Origin: a bacterium
GTDB taxonomy: Bacteria; Oederibacteriota; PGYV01
NCBI GenBank assembly: GCA_029565735.1
Contig: JAKQNO010000070.1
Span: 22,542-86,541, forward strand
Direction: 5' to 3'
DNA length: 64,000 nt
Numbering within the stretch: position 1 is the stretch's first letter; each line of letters begins with the position of its first letter. This document shows, piece after piece, positions 37,279 through 47,298 of this stretch. The notes beneath the pieces were generated by a model. It searched no databases. It was not told the origin of the DNA and worked only from the letters and a program-made list of their open reading frames with translations. Position numbers and translations under genes: made by a program.

Positions 37279-37911
37279 ATGGACAAAATGGCAGAGATAC
37301 TGCTTCAGATATCCGTGCTTGTATTTTCTGTCGTGGTGCATGAAGTTGCCCACGGTTTTGCGGCAAACAAACTTGGCGACCCGACGGCAAAAGACGAAGG
37401 CAGGCTTACTTTAAACCCGATTCCGCATATAGACCCGTTTATGTCGGTTATTCTGCCTTTGATGCTTATTTTTACGGGTTCGCCGTTTGTAATAGGCGGC
37501 GCCAAACCTGTGCCGGTGAATCCCATGTATTTCAGGGATCACAAAAAAGGGATGATGATTACAAGCCTGGCTGGCCCTGCATCCAATATTTTACTTGCCG
37601 TTATATTCGCGGTAATTCTTAAAATGACATCGGTGATACCGGTTCTTGGTTCTCAGGGGCTTGTTATGTTTTTAAGTTACGGCATACTGCTTAATGTAAT
37701 GCTTGCAGCCTTTAACCTTATACCGATTCCGCCGCTTGACGGGTCCAAAGTGTTAATGGGCGTGATGCCGGACAGGATGATGTATTCATACATGAAACTT
37801 GAACCTTACGGTATGTTTATAATTATAGCCTTGCTTGCTTTTGGCGTTTTAAATATGATTCTTGGCCCAATATACTATACGATAATGAAACTGATTCAAA
37901 TTATTCTTTAA
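37279..37911 (+). CDS. Site-2-protease family (M50) membrane metalloprotease
   Basis: HEVAHG (HExxH) in TM1. NLIPIPPLDGSKV (NxxPxxxLDG). Confidence 0.8.
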   Translation: MDKMAEILLQISVLVFSVVVHEVAHGFAANKLGDPTAKDEGRLTLNPIPHIDPFMSVILPLMLIFTGSPFVIGGAKPVPVNPMYFRDHKKGMMITSLAGPASNILLAVIFAVILKMTSVIPVLGSQGLVMFLSYGILLNVMLAAFNLIPIPPLDGSKVLMGVMPDRMMYSYMKLEPYGMFIIIALLAFGVLNMILGPIYYTIMKLIQIIL

Positions 37912-37929
37912 TAACAGGGAGACTTGTAA

Positions 37930-38907
37930 ATGGAAAGCGTATTAAGCGGAATGAGGCCCACGGGCAGGCTGCACCTTGGCCACCTTGAAGGCGTGCTGAA
38001 AAGTTACGTTGAAATGCAGGAAAAGTATAAGGCTTTTTATATGGTTGCGGACTGGCACGCTTTAACCACGGATTATGAAAAGCCGAAAAACATAACGGAA
38101 AATACAATTGAAATGTATATAGACTGGCTTTCTGTGGGCATTGACCCGAAAAAAGCGGTTATGTTTGTGCAGTCCGCGGTTAAGGAACACGCGGAGATGT
38201 TTCTTCTTTTGTCCATGATTACTCCGGTTCCGTGGCTTGAAAGAAACCCCACATATAAAGAGCAGAAGCAGGAACTGAAAGAAAAGGACCTTTCCACTTT
38301 TGGTTTTCTGGGCTATCCGGTGCTGATGGCGGCCGATATACTTGTGTACAGGGCGAATAAAGTGCCAATAGGCGAAGACCAGCGGCCGCACCTTGAACTG
38401 GCGCGCGAAATGGTAAGAAAGTTCAATAACCTTTACGGCGAATTTTTTCCGGAGCCAAAAGAGATACTTACCATGTATCCCAAACTGCCCGGCCTTGACG
38501 GAAGAAAAATGAGCAAAAGTTATAACAACGCGGTTTTTCTTGCGGACACCGCCGAAGAAACGGAAAAGAAAGTTAAGATGATGTTCACCGACCCTTTGAA
38601 AATTAAAAAGAATGACCTTGGCCATCCGGAAAAATGCGTGGTATGTTCTTTTCATAAAATATATAATAAGGAATGTATAGACGCGGTTGAAAAGGAATGC
38701 AAAGAAGGCACGCGCGGCTGTGTTGACTGCAAAAAACAGCTGGCCTCTGTTTTAAACGCAAGGCTTGCGCCGGTAAGGGAAAAACGCGCGCAGTTTGAGA
38801 ATAAACCCGACTTAATAAGGGATATAATTAAAGACGGAAACGCAAGGGCGTGCGCCGCAGCCGAAGAAACAATGGCGGGCGTAAGGCACTGCATGAAACT
38901 GGGGTAA
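37930..38907 (+). CDS. trpS: Tryptophan--tRNA ligase (Cys-rich, putative Fe-S type)
   Basis: HIGH-type RLHLGH. KMSKS. Cys cluster C-x20-C-x6-C-x2-C at 38635-38730. Confidence 0.95.
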   Translation: MESVLSGMRPTGRLHLGHLEGVLKSYVEMQEKYKAFYMVADWHALTTDYEKPKNITENTIEMYIDWLSVGIDPKKAVMFVQSAVKEHAEMFLLLSMITPVPWLERNPTYKEQKQELKEKDLSTFGFLGYPVLMAADILVYRANKVPIGEDQRPHLELAREMVRKFNNLYGEFFPEPKEILTMYPKLPGLDGRKMSKSYNNAVFLADTAEETEKKVKMMFTDPLKIKKNDLGHPEKCVVCSFHKIYNKECIDAVEKECKEGTRGCVDCKKQLASVLNARLAPVREKRAQFENKPDLIRDIIKDGNARACAAAEETMAGVRHCMKLG

Positions 38908-38909
38908 AA

Positions 38910-39653
38910 ATGGACGGCGATTATCAGCTTAAGCTGGCGGTTTTTGAAGGGCCTTTTGACCTTCTTCTTTATCTTATAAGGAAGAACCAGATAGATATTT
39001 ATGATATTCCTATCGCGAAAATAACGGAGGAATACCTTGAATACATAGATATGATGCGCAAGTTCAACCTTGAAGTTGCGACGGAATTTATTGTAATAGC
39101 AGCGACGCTTATTTACATAAAGGCAAAGATGCTGCTGCCCAAAGACGAGCTTCTTCAACAGGACGAAGAAGACCCAAGGATGGAGCTTGTTCAGCACCTT
39201 CTTGAATACAATACGTTTAAAGAAGTATCCGAAAAAATGAGGCTGTATGAAGCCAAGAAACGCGAGATGTTTGAAAGGCTTAACCCGCTGAACATAAGCG
39301 CGGACGACAGGGAGCTGTCGCTTGACATTTACGCACTTGCCAAGGCCATGGATTCGGTTCTTGACAGGCTTAAGGAAAGAAAACTGATAGTCATTCCCGG
39401 CGAAGCGATTAAGATTAAGGACAGGATGTACGAACTTCTGGATGTCCTGCAGACGGCGGATAACGTAAGTTTTTTCGGGATGTGCGAAAAAAACAACAAC
39501 AGGCTCTATATCGTGGCGCTGTTTATGGGGATTTTAGAGCTGTTAAGGCTGAAGGTTATAAGGGTTTATCAGGATTTTACATTTGAAGACATAAGGATAG
39601 ATATCATTGACAGAAACTTTGACAGGGAGATACTTAAGAATATGGGCGATTAG
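38910..39653 (+). CDS. scpA: Segregation and condensation protein A
   Basis: ATG lies 3 nt after the trpS stop; the ORF-track start 38850 is inside trpS. 'FEGPFDLLLYLIRKNQIDIYDIPI'. Confidence 0.88.
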   Translation: MDGDYQLKLAVFEGPFDLLLYLIRKNQIDIYDIPIAKITEEYLEYIDMMRKFNLEVATEFIVIAATLIYIKAKMLLPKDELLQQDEEDPRMELVQHLLEYNTFKEVSEKMRLYEAKKREMFERLNPLNISADDRELSLDIYALAKAMDSVLDRLKERKLIVIPGEAIKIKDRMYELLDVLQTADNVSFFGMCEKNNNRLYIVALFMGILELLRLKVIRVYQDFTFEDIRIDIIDRNFDREILKNMGD

Positions 39654-39676
39654 CCCGAAACAAGGAAGGTATTTAA

Positions 39677-40507
39677 ATGGCAAAACCGGATAATGACAGG
39701 ATTATAGAGGCGCTTTTATTTGCAAGCGATAAACCTTTGCCGGTACAGCTTCTGGCGCAGGTTATGGAGCTTCCGCATAAGGAAGTAATAGCGGCTGTGG
39801 AACAGCTGACGACAAGGCTTAAAGAGACTGACGCGCCTGTGACGTTAAAGGAAATTGCCGGCGGTTATGAACTTTTAACCCTGCCGGATTACGCGCCTTA
39901 CATCAAAAAACTTTATAAAAACAAACTGATGTCGCGCCTTACGCGCGCCGCCCTTGAAGTGCTTGCCATTGTGGCTTACAAGCAGCCCATTACCAAGCAG
40001 GAAGTGGAAATAATAAGGGGCGTAAATTCAGACGGCGTGTATCACACGCTTCTGGAACGCAAACTTATAAAGATAGCCGGCCGCAAGGACGCGCCCGGAA
40101 GGCCCCTTTTATACGGCACCACAAAAGAATTTATGCAGTATCTTGGCATTAACACCCTTGATGACCTGCCTAAACTTGATGAGATTAAAACAATACTTGA
40201 AAAAGATGAATATATTGAAAAGTGGGAAGATAAAATTGAAGTGGCAAAGAACCAGACCATGATGAATTTTGACGAGGAAGAAAAACAGAAGCTTATGCAC
40301 AGGCAGTCAACCGAAGATATGCTGGCCGAAGGCGGCGCGCCGTTACAGGAAGAAGAAAGCGCGCAGCCGCAGGAAGAAGAGGAAAAAAATGTCCTTGATG
40401 AAGAGCTGATTCCTGAAACGCTTGATGATGAAGAAGAGGATGAATACGAAGACGACGAGGACGAGGACGAGGATGAGGATGAGGATGAGGATGAGGATGG
40501 CAAATAA
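39677..40507 (+). CDS. scpB: Segregation and condensation protein B with a long acidic C-terminal tail
   Basis: 'IIEALLFASDKPL', 'LEVLAIVAYKQPITKQEVEIIRGV'. The last ~90 aa are E/D-rich and end in (ED)n. Confidence 0.88.
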   Translation: MAKPDNDRIIEALLFASDKPLPVQLLAQVMELPHKEVIAAVEQLTTRLKETDAPVTLKEIAGGYELLTLPDYAPYIKKLYKNKLMSRLTRAALEVLAIVAYKQPITKQEVEIIRGVNSDGVYHTLLERKLIKIAGRKDAPGRPLLYGTTKEFMQYLGINTLDDLPKLDEIKTILEKDEYIEKWEDKIEVAKNQTMMNFDEEEKQKLMHRQSTEDMLAEGGAPLQEEESAQPQEEEEKNVLDEELIPETLDDEEEDEYEDDEDEDEDEDEDEDEDGK

Positions 40508-40510
40508 TAT

Positions 40511-41266
40511 ATGATGAGACTGCAGCAATTCATAGCGCGCTGCGGGGTTACATCCCGCAGAAAAGCCGAAGAGTTAATGACACAGGGCAGGGTTACGGTT
40601 AACGGTAAATTTATACGCGAGCTTGGTTTTAAGGTTGACCCGGCAAAAGATGCGGTAAAGGTTGACGGCAAACTGCTGCGTAAAGAAAATCCCGTATATA
40701 TCCTGCTGAATAAACCGGAAGGGTGCGTGTGCACCGTGTCTGATGAAAAGGAAAGGCGCACTGTGCTTGACCTGCTGCCGGTAAATGTTGTTGATAAAGG
40801 AAGGCTGTACCCTGTGGGCAGGCTTGATTATAACACCACGGGCTGCCTGTTTCTTACAAATGACGGCGACTGGGCCAACAGGATAACCCATCCAAAATAT
40901 AAAGTTGATAAAGTGTACATGGTAAAATTGAAAGGCAGGGCCGACGCAAAGCAGCTGGAACGCCTGAAAAGGGGGGTAACCGTTGACGGCGTCTATGTAA
41001 AGGCAAAGGAAGCTGCCCCTATATTTAAAAACGAACAAAATGACGTTTTAAGAATGGTGATTACACAGGGCCTGAACCATCAGGTAAAAAATATGTGCGC
41101 CGCGGTGGGATTAAGCGTTGTAAGGCTTAAACGCGAAAGCGTGGGCAAAGTAAGCATAGCGGGGATGAAACCCGGTGAATTCAGGTATCTTACCAGGGCG
41201 GAAATTGATTCGTTTGCACCCTTAAAAAAAGAGGTGAAGCCGCGTGAAAACAAAAAAAGACCTTAA
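40511..41266 (+). CDS. rluB: Pseudouridine synthase, RsuA/RluB family
   Basis: S4 domain followed by GRLDYNTTG. Confidence 0.85.
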   Translation: MMRLQQFIARCGVTSRRKAEELMTQGRVTVNGKFIRELGFKVDPAKDAVKVDGKLLRKENPVYILLNKPEGCVCTVSDEKERRTVLDLLPVNVVDKGRLYPVGRLDYNTTGCLFLTNDGDWANRITHPKYKVDKVYMVKLKGRADAKQLERLKRGVTVDGVYVKAKEAAPIFKNEQNDVLRMVITQGLNHQVKNMCAAVGLSVVRLKRESVGKVSIAGMKPGEFRYLTRAEIDSFAPLKKEVKPRENKKRP

Positions 41267-42317
41267 CTTTTACAGAAAACAGATTGATTCCCTTGACAGG
41301 CAGATTGTGACGCTTCTTCACAGCCGCGCCGAGAACGCAAAAAAAATAGCGGGGCTGAAAAATTCGGCCAGCATGGAAATTTATGACCCTGCCAGGGAAG
41401 CTGCAGTGCTTGAGAAATTAAAAAAGGTGAAAAAAGGGCCTTTTCCCGCCAAAGGGATTGAAGGCGTATATAACGAGATTTTTTCCGTTTCAAGGTTCCT
41501 TCAGCGCAGGATTTCGGTGGCGTATCTTGGCCCTGTTGCCACGTATTCGCACCTGGCTGCGGTAAAGCGTTTTGGAAAGATGACTGATTACGCGCCCGTT
41601 GGCACAATTAAAGAGGTTTTCTCTGAGGTTGAAAAAGGCAACGCGGATTACGGCTGCGTGCCAATAGAAAATTCAACCGAAGGCGCGGTTAATTACACCT
41701 ATGACATGTTCGCGGATTCAGATTTAAAAATATGCTCGGAAGTGCTTTTAAAGATAGATCACTGCCTGCTTTCAAAAGAAAATAAACTGTCTTCTGTAAA
41801 GACGCTGTTTATCCACCCGCAGACGCTGGGGCAGTGCAGGGAATGGATAGAAAGCAATATTCCGGAAGCGGCAATAAAGGAAGTTTCCAGCAATTCCAGG
41901 GCCGCCATGGAAGCGTCCCGCGTGAAAAATTCCGCGGCAATAGCGTCGGAACTGGCAGCGGAAATTTACGGGTTAAAAGTGCCGGCAAAATCAGTGCAGG
42001 ACATGGCGGACAACTACACAAGATTTTTCATAATAGGAAAATCCTTCAGCAAAAGGACCGGCAAGGACAGGACATCCATAATGGTTTCCATTAAGGACAA
42101 GCCGGGAGCGCTTTACAGGCTGCTGCAGCCCTTTGACAATTTCCACGTGAACCTTTCAAATATTGAATCCAGGCCTTCAAAAAAGAAGGCGTGGGACTAC
42201 CTGTTCTTTGTGGATGTGGAAGGTTACGCTGAAGATAAAAACGTAAAAGACGCGCTTGAAGCTGTGGCGCGCGAAGCCGGTTCCGTAAAAGTGCTTGGCT
42301 CATACCCAAGGTTCTGA
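41244..42317 (+). CDS. pheA: Bifunctional chorismate mutase / prephenate dehydratase (P-protein)
   Basis: GTG start. CM domain (LNFYRKQIDSLDRQIV), PDT domain and ACT domain with NIESRPSKK. Confidence 0.9.
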   Translation: MKTKKDLNFYRKQIDSLDRQIVTLLHSRAENAKKIAGLKNSASMEIYDPAREAAVLEKLKKVKKGPFPAKGIEGVYNEIFSVSRFLQRRISVAYLGPVATYSHLAAVKRFGKMTDYAPVGTIKEVFSEVEKGNADYGCVPIENSTEGAVNYTYDMFADSDLKICSEVLLKIDHCLLSKENKLSSVKTLFIHPQTLGQCREWIESNIPEAAIKEVSSNSRAAMEASRVKNSAAIASELAAEIYGLKVPAKSVQDMADNYTRFFIIGKSFSKRTGKDRTSIMVSIKDKPGALYRLLQPFDNFHVNLSNIESRPSKKKAWDYLFFVDVEGYAEDKNVKDALEAVAREAGSVKVLGSYPRF

Positions 42318-42354
42318 TTAATAAATAATATATAACAAACAGATCGGAGAAAAC

Positions 42355-43374
42355 ATGGCAAAAAAACTTTCATACAAATCAGCGGGAGTAAACATTGACG
42401 CGGCTGTTGACGCGCTTTCAAAGGCAAAAGCGCACATCAAATCCACGTTCAACAAAAAAGTGGTGACCGATATCGGAAGCTACGGCGGCGTCTTTGATAT
42501 GGGCGCGGGAAAATGCACTGTTGCCAGCACTGACGGCGTGGGCACAAAACTTAAAATCGCGCAGAACATAAACAAGCACGACACGGTGGGTCAGGATATA
42601 GTTAACCACTGCGTAAACGACATACTTGTAATGGGGGCCAAACCCCTGTTTTTTCTTGATTATTTCGGGTGCGGAAAGCTTGAAGGCAAAGTCCTTGTTG
42701 ACGTGATAAGCGGGATGGCAAAGGCGTGCAGGGAAAACGGAACCGTTTTAATAGGCGGAGAGACCGCGGAAATGCCGGGCGTTTACAAAGACGGCGAATA
42801 CGACCTTGTGGGCACCATAGTCGGCGAAGTGGAAAAGAAGAAAATATTAACCGGAAAAAAAGTAAAACCCGGAAACGCGGTTATAGGAATAGGTTCTTAC
42901 GGCCTGCAGACAAACGGTTTTTCACTTGCAAGGCGCGTCTTTGAATCAAACAAAATACCATATACAAAATATATTCCGGAGCTTAAAACAACCCTTGGCC
43001 TTGCGCTTTTGGAACCGCACAGGTCATTTCTTAAATCCGTATATCCGCTTGTGGAAAAAGGGCTTATTAACGCCATGTCACACATTACCGGCGGCGGATT
43101 TTATGACAATATAGTCCGCGTCCTGCCGGATAACGTTGACTGCGTTGTTAAAAAAGGGTCGTGGGAAGTGCTTCCGATATTTAAAATGATACAGAAACTT
43201 GGGGGCATTGAAGACAGGGAAATGCACCGCGTCTTTAACATGGGCGTCGGCATGGTGCTTATTGTCCCTGCGGATAAAGCAAAATCAGTTGTCTCTTCCC
43301 TTAAAAAGTCAGGCGAACGCGCGTGGCTTATAGGCAATATAACCAAAGGAAGCAGGAAAGTTACCGTCGTTTAA
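42355..43374 (+). CDS. purM: Phosphoribosylformylglycinamidine cyclo-ligase (AIR synthetase)
   Basis: 'YKSAGVNIDA', 'STDGVGTKLKIA', 'GGETAEMPGVY'. Confidence 0.95.
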   Translation: MAKKLSYKSAGVNIDAAVDALSKAKAHIKSTFNKKVVTDIGSYGGVFDMGAGKCTVASTDGVGTKLKIAQNINKHDTVGQDIVNHCVNDILVMGAKPLFFLDYFGCGKLEGKVLVDVISGMAKACRENGTVLIGGETAEMPGVYKDGEYDLVGTIVGEVEKKKILTGKKVKPGNAVIGIGSYGLQTNGFSLARRVFESNKIPYTKYIPELKTTLGLALLEPHRSFLKSVYPLVEKGLINAMSHITGGGFYDNIVRVLPDNVDCVVKKGSWEVLPIFKMIQKLGGIEDREMHRVFNMGVGMVLIVPADKAKSVVSSLKKSGERAWLIGNITKGSRKVTVV

Positions 43375-43449
43375 ACGCATCTTTTTACTTTTTCGCGCGT
43401 TATAATAAGTAGATACAGGTCTGCCCGGTTTAAACAGGAAGGAGTATCT

Positions 43450-46400
43450 ATGAAGAAGTTTCTAATTTTCGCTGTTATATTTTTTACTGTCTCCCGGCTT
43501 TACGCGGGCATGTTCAACTTTACCCTTCCGTGGGATGACGATTCCGCTTCGGTTACTGACCTTAGTTATTTAAACCACAAACCGGCCGGTGTTTCCGGTT
43601 ATGTCACTGCCGCGCCTGACGGGCACTTATACGTAAATTCCGGCGCTTCAAGGATAAAATTTCTTGCGGTTAATGTCACATCCACAAACTGTTTTCCCGC
43701 AAAAGAGGATGCCGATAAAATAGCGCGCAGGATGGCAAAATACGGGATAAACCTTGTGAGGTTTCATCTTGGCGACGCTTCGTGGGGGCAGTCGTTTATT
43801 GATTACTCCGGATACGCGGATTCAAGGCACTTAAACGCGTCCAACCTTGATAAGTTTGACTACTTTGTATCAAAGTTAAAAGAACACGGCATTTATTCAA
43901 ACATAAACCTTCTTGCGGGGCGCGATTTTAAAAGCGCCGACGGCCTGCCCGCGTCAATTGATTCCATGGCATGGAAAGACAAACAGACCCCCGCCATGTT
44001 CAGCCCTGCAATGCTTGACCTTCAGAAGGAATTTGCTCTTAATATGCTGGACAGGGTAAATCCTTATACCGGGCTTAAATACACGCAGGACCCGTCTGTC
44101 GTATTTGTTGAAGTTTGCAACGAACACGGGCTGATTCACGCGTGGCATAACGCGCAGATAGACGTCCTGCCCGCTGAATTTGAAGCGCAGCTTCAGGGAA
44201 TGTGGGATGCGTACCTTGCGGCTAAATATCCTTCTTTTGCCGCGCTGCAGGGCGCGTGGGGAATGTCAGCGCCTTTGGGCGATGAAAAACTTTTAAACGG
44301 GGATTTTGCTTCGGGTTTAACCGGCTGGGGCAGGGAGACGAATTCTCCGGCATCCGCCGTATTTACAGTAATTGCAGACGGGCTTGCGCCCGGGAAAAAT
44401 TCCTGCCAGGTGAATGTGTCCGCTTCAAGCACTATAAACTGGCATGTGCAGCTTAATCAGGCTGTAACTTTAACCGCGGGCAGCCCCTATACCCTTTCTT
44501 TTTCCGCCAAAGCGGATAAAAATGCGACGGTTGATGTTGTTGTTCAGGAAGTTAACGGGGCGTGGCAGACGTATTTTACAAAGACATTAAACTTAACGGA
44601 CCAGTGGCAGCGTTTTGAATTTGTTTTCGCGGCAACAAATACCACAATATCCGCAAGGGTAAATTTTACGGATATGGCAAAAGCAATCGCGGTGTATTCA
44701 TTTGCCGATGTTTCTTTCAGGCAGGGCGGAATAATTCCCGGCACAAACGCTGATGAAACTGATTTTAATTCGGTAAAAATTTTTAAGGCCGCTGACAGGG
44801 CGGACAGGACAGGCGCAGCCAAAGATGACTGGGTGGATTTTTTGTGGAAAAAAGAGGAGCATTACTGGGGCTCCATGAACAATTACGTAAAAGTTTCGCT
44901 GTCCGCGAAAGCGCTGACAGTGGGCACAGTAATAGGAAATTCTACCCCAAATCTGATGAACCTTTTTGATGTCATAGATTCCCATGCTTACTGGCAGCAC
45001 CCAAGCTATGCCGGCGAACAGTGGGTGTCGCCGTGGTGGGTAAACAATTCATCCGTGCTTTCAAAAAGCGACGGCGGTACAATTTCCGGCTTATCCGTAA
45101 AAAGGGTGGAAGGAAAACCATTTACCGTGACCGAATACAACCATCCTTTTCCAAACTCGTTTAACGCGGAAGCTTACGGTATTCTGGGCGCTTACGCTTC
45201 GTTTCAGGACTGGGACGCAATATACGGCTACACGTACGGCGACGGCAATACAAACTGGAGCATCAGTAAATTAGACGGTTTTTTTGACATAGATATGGAC
45301 CCCGGGAAATGGGCAAATATGCTGCACGCGGCATTGATGTTCCGCCGCGGCGACATATCAGCCGCTGTTTCAAAAGTGACGGTGCCAATTACCACGGCGC
45401 AGGAGCTTGGGCTTTTAACAGGCGCGGGCCCGTGGCGGTTAATTGACGCGCAGGACGCGGGCATGCCCCCTGCGGCATCGCTGATGCACAGGATATCAAT
45501 CATCGCTGAAGGCGGTACAAATCCGGCCGGCGCGCTTTCTCCTGCGGATATCACGTTACCCGGCACCGGCATATATACTTCTGACACAAACCAGTTAAAC
45601 TGGGATTCATCCGCAAGGGTCTTAAAAATTGACTCCCCAAAAACCAAAGGCGTAATAGGAAATAATACAGGGGTTGAATACAATCTTTCAGGGGTTATCA
45701 TCAGGCCCTTGTCTTCAATGCAGAACTGGTCTTCAATTATGATGAGCGTGGCGCAGGGCGGCACCTTTGCGTCAGGCGCGGAAAAAATATTCATCACAGC
45801 CGCGGGATTTTCGTCAAACACAGGGGTAAATTACAGGCTGTATCCTTCCGGCGCTTCGGCGGGTTTTCCTCCGGCTGCCAACGCTGATATAAATACATCT
45901 TCATTTGGTTCCGGCCCGACTATAACGGAAGGGATAGGCGCGGAATTTGTACTGCCTTACCCGTCAGCGAATGTCAAGGTTTACTCCCTTGACAATACGG
46001 GCGCGCGGATTCTCTCGCTGCCTGTTTCGGATGAATCAGGAAACGCTAAATTTCAGATAAGCGATGCGCATAAAACTTTATGGTATGAAGCTGAAATATA
46101 TCCCGGCCCCGCGCCGACAGACACATACACTTTAACGCCCACCGCCACAAGGACTCCGGGCGGTCCGACAGATACAGTGACTCCCACGGTTACGCTTACC
46201 GCTACAGTGAGCGAATGGAAAATAGACGACTGTGAGGACGGCAACAATCAGAATCTGCTTGGCGGGTATTGGTATAATTATGCCGACAGTTTAAGCGTTA
46301 TAAATCCTCCAAAAGGCTCCGCGTTTACCATGGCATCAGGCGGGGCACAAACGCCATTATACTCCGCAAGAATATACGGAAATATAGCGGCGCAGCCGTC

Positions 46401-47277
46401 GCCTGATGTATTTCCTTCCGCCGGGCTTGGCGTAAATTTATACGCTGATTCCGGTTCGCCCGTGTATCACGAAGAGGATGTTAACGGATTTACAGGGCTG
46501 CGTTTTTATGTAAAGGGCGACGGCACGCAATACACGCTAAGGCTGCCATACATAAATGTTACGGACGGCTCCACCCTGACCGGGTATAACGACTACAAGT
46601 ACATTTTTACGGCTCCGGCGGCGTGGACGCTTATGGAAATACCTTTTTCTTCTTTTACCCAGGAATCAGGATGGGGCACGCAATACCCTTTATCCACGGT
46701 GCTTGCGCATGTAAAGGCGGTGCAGTGGCAGGTGCTTGAATATGGAAGGGCGTTTGACCTTTACGTGGATGATGCGGGGTTTTACAATGCGCCGCCGCCT
46801 TTTACTTTTACCCCGACCGTTACGCTGACCGCGACGCCGACGATATATTTAAGCAGGACTTCAACTGTGACTGTAACTTCCACGCGTACAATTACCGCGA
46901 CGCGGACCGCTGTGATTCCTTCGCCCACTTTAACTGTCACTATCACTGTCACTGTCACTGTCACAAATACGCCGACACCCGGCGTGCGGGCCGCGTATAA
47001 CCTGGATGATGTTTATGTTTACCCGTCGGTCTATGACGGCGCTGACGGGCAAAAAGGAATAATGTTTTTAAGGCTTACGCGCAAATCGGGAATTCAGATA
47101 TTCAATATTAAAGGGGAACTTGTGCATTATGCGCGTGTTGATTCCGCTGAGGGGGAATACCTGTGGAAGCTTGAAGGCGTAAGAAAAAACAACAAACCCG
47201 CGCCCGGAATATATATTTACGTCATTACGGCGGATGACGGCGCTGTGAAAAAAGGAAAGCTGGCGATAGTAAAGTAA
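43450..47277 (+). CDS. Large secreted clan GH-A (GH5-like) glycoside hydrolase with CBM-like domains, T-x-T linkers and a T9SS-type C-terminal sorting domain
   Basis: Signal peptide. TIM-barrel motifs 'INLVRFH', acid/base 'VEVCNEHG', nucleophile 'FTVTEYNH'. CBM4_9-like 'LLNGDFASGLTGW'. Second CBM-like 'WKIDDCEDGNNQN'. CTD at 47011-47274 ends LAIVK. Confidence 0.7.
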   Translation: MKKFLIFAVIFFTVSRLYAGMFNFTLPWDDDSASVTDLSYLNHKPAGVSGYVTAAPDGHLYVNSGASRIKFLAVNVTSTNCFPAKEDADKIARRMAKYGINLVRFHLGDASWGQSFIDYSGYADSRHLNASNLDKFDYFVSKLKEHGIYSNINLLAGRDFKSADGLPASIDSMAWKDKQTPAMFSPAMLDLQKEFALNMLDRVNPYTGLKYTQDPSVVFVEVCNEHGLIHAWHNAQIDVLPAEFEAQLQGMWDAYLAAKYPSFAALQGAWGMSAPLGDEKLLNGDFASGLTGWGRETNSPASAVFTVIADGLAPGKNSCQVNVSASSTINWHVQLNQAVTLTAGSPYTLSFSAKADKNATVDVVVQEVNGAWQTYFTKTLNLTDQWQRFEFVFAATNTTISARVNFTDMAKAIAVYSFADVSFRQGGIIPGTNADETDFNSVKIFKAADRADRTGAAKDDWVDFLWKKEEHYWGSMNNYVKVSLSAKALTVGTVIGNSTPNLMNLFDVIDSHAYWQHPSYAGEQWVSPWWVNNSSVLSKSDGGTISGLSVKRVEGKPFTVTEYNHPFPNSFNAEAYGILGAYASFQDWDAIYGYTYGDGNTNWSISKLDGFFDIDMDPGKWANMLHAALMFRRGDISAAVSKVTVPITTAQELGLLTGAGPWRLIDAQDAGMPPAASLMHRISIIAEGGTNPAGALSPADITLPGTGIYTSDTNQLNWDSSARVLKIDSPKTKGVIGNNTGVEYNLSGVIIRPLSSMQNWSSIMMSVAQGGTFASGAEKIFITAAGFSSNTGVNYRLYPSGASAGFPPAANADINTSSFGSGPTITEGIGAEFVLPYPSANVKVYSLDNTGARILSLPVSDESGNAKFQISDAHKTLWYEAEIYPGPAPTDTYTLTPTATRTPGGPTDTVTPTVTLTATVSEWKIDDCEDGNNQNLLGGYWYNYADSLSVINPPKGSAFTMASGGAQTPLYSARIYGNIAAQPSPDVFPSAGLGVNLYADSGSPVYHEEDVNGFTGLRFYVKGDGTQYTLRLPYINVTDGSTLTGYNDYKYIFTAPAAWTLMEIPFSSFTQESGWGTQYPLSTVLAHVKAVQWQVLEYGRAFDLYVDDAGFYNAPPPFTFTPTVTLTATPTIYLSRTSTVTVTSTRTITATRTAVIPSPTLTVTITVTVTVTNTPTPGVRAAYNLDDVYVYPSVYDGADGQKGIMFLRLTRKSGIQIFNIKGELVHYARVDSAEGEYLWKLEGVRKNNKPAPGIYIYVITADDGAVKKGKLAIVK

Positions 47278-47298
47278 GGGTGTAAAGCTTAAGCAATA

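Noticed and set aside
40971-40976. G6 run in rluB and C6 run at 343-348 as further phase-variable tracts
   Set aside because: They are short (6 nt) and lie inside conserved housekeeping or membrane genes. They are not comparable to the G10 promoter tract.
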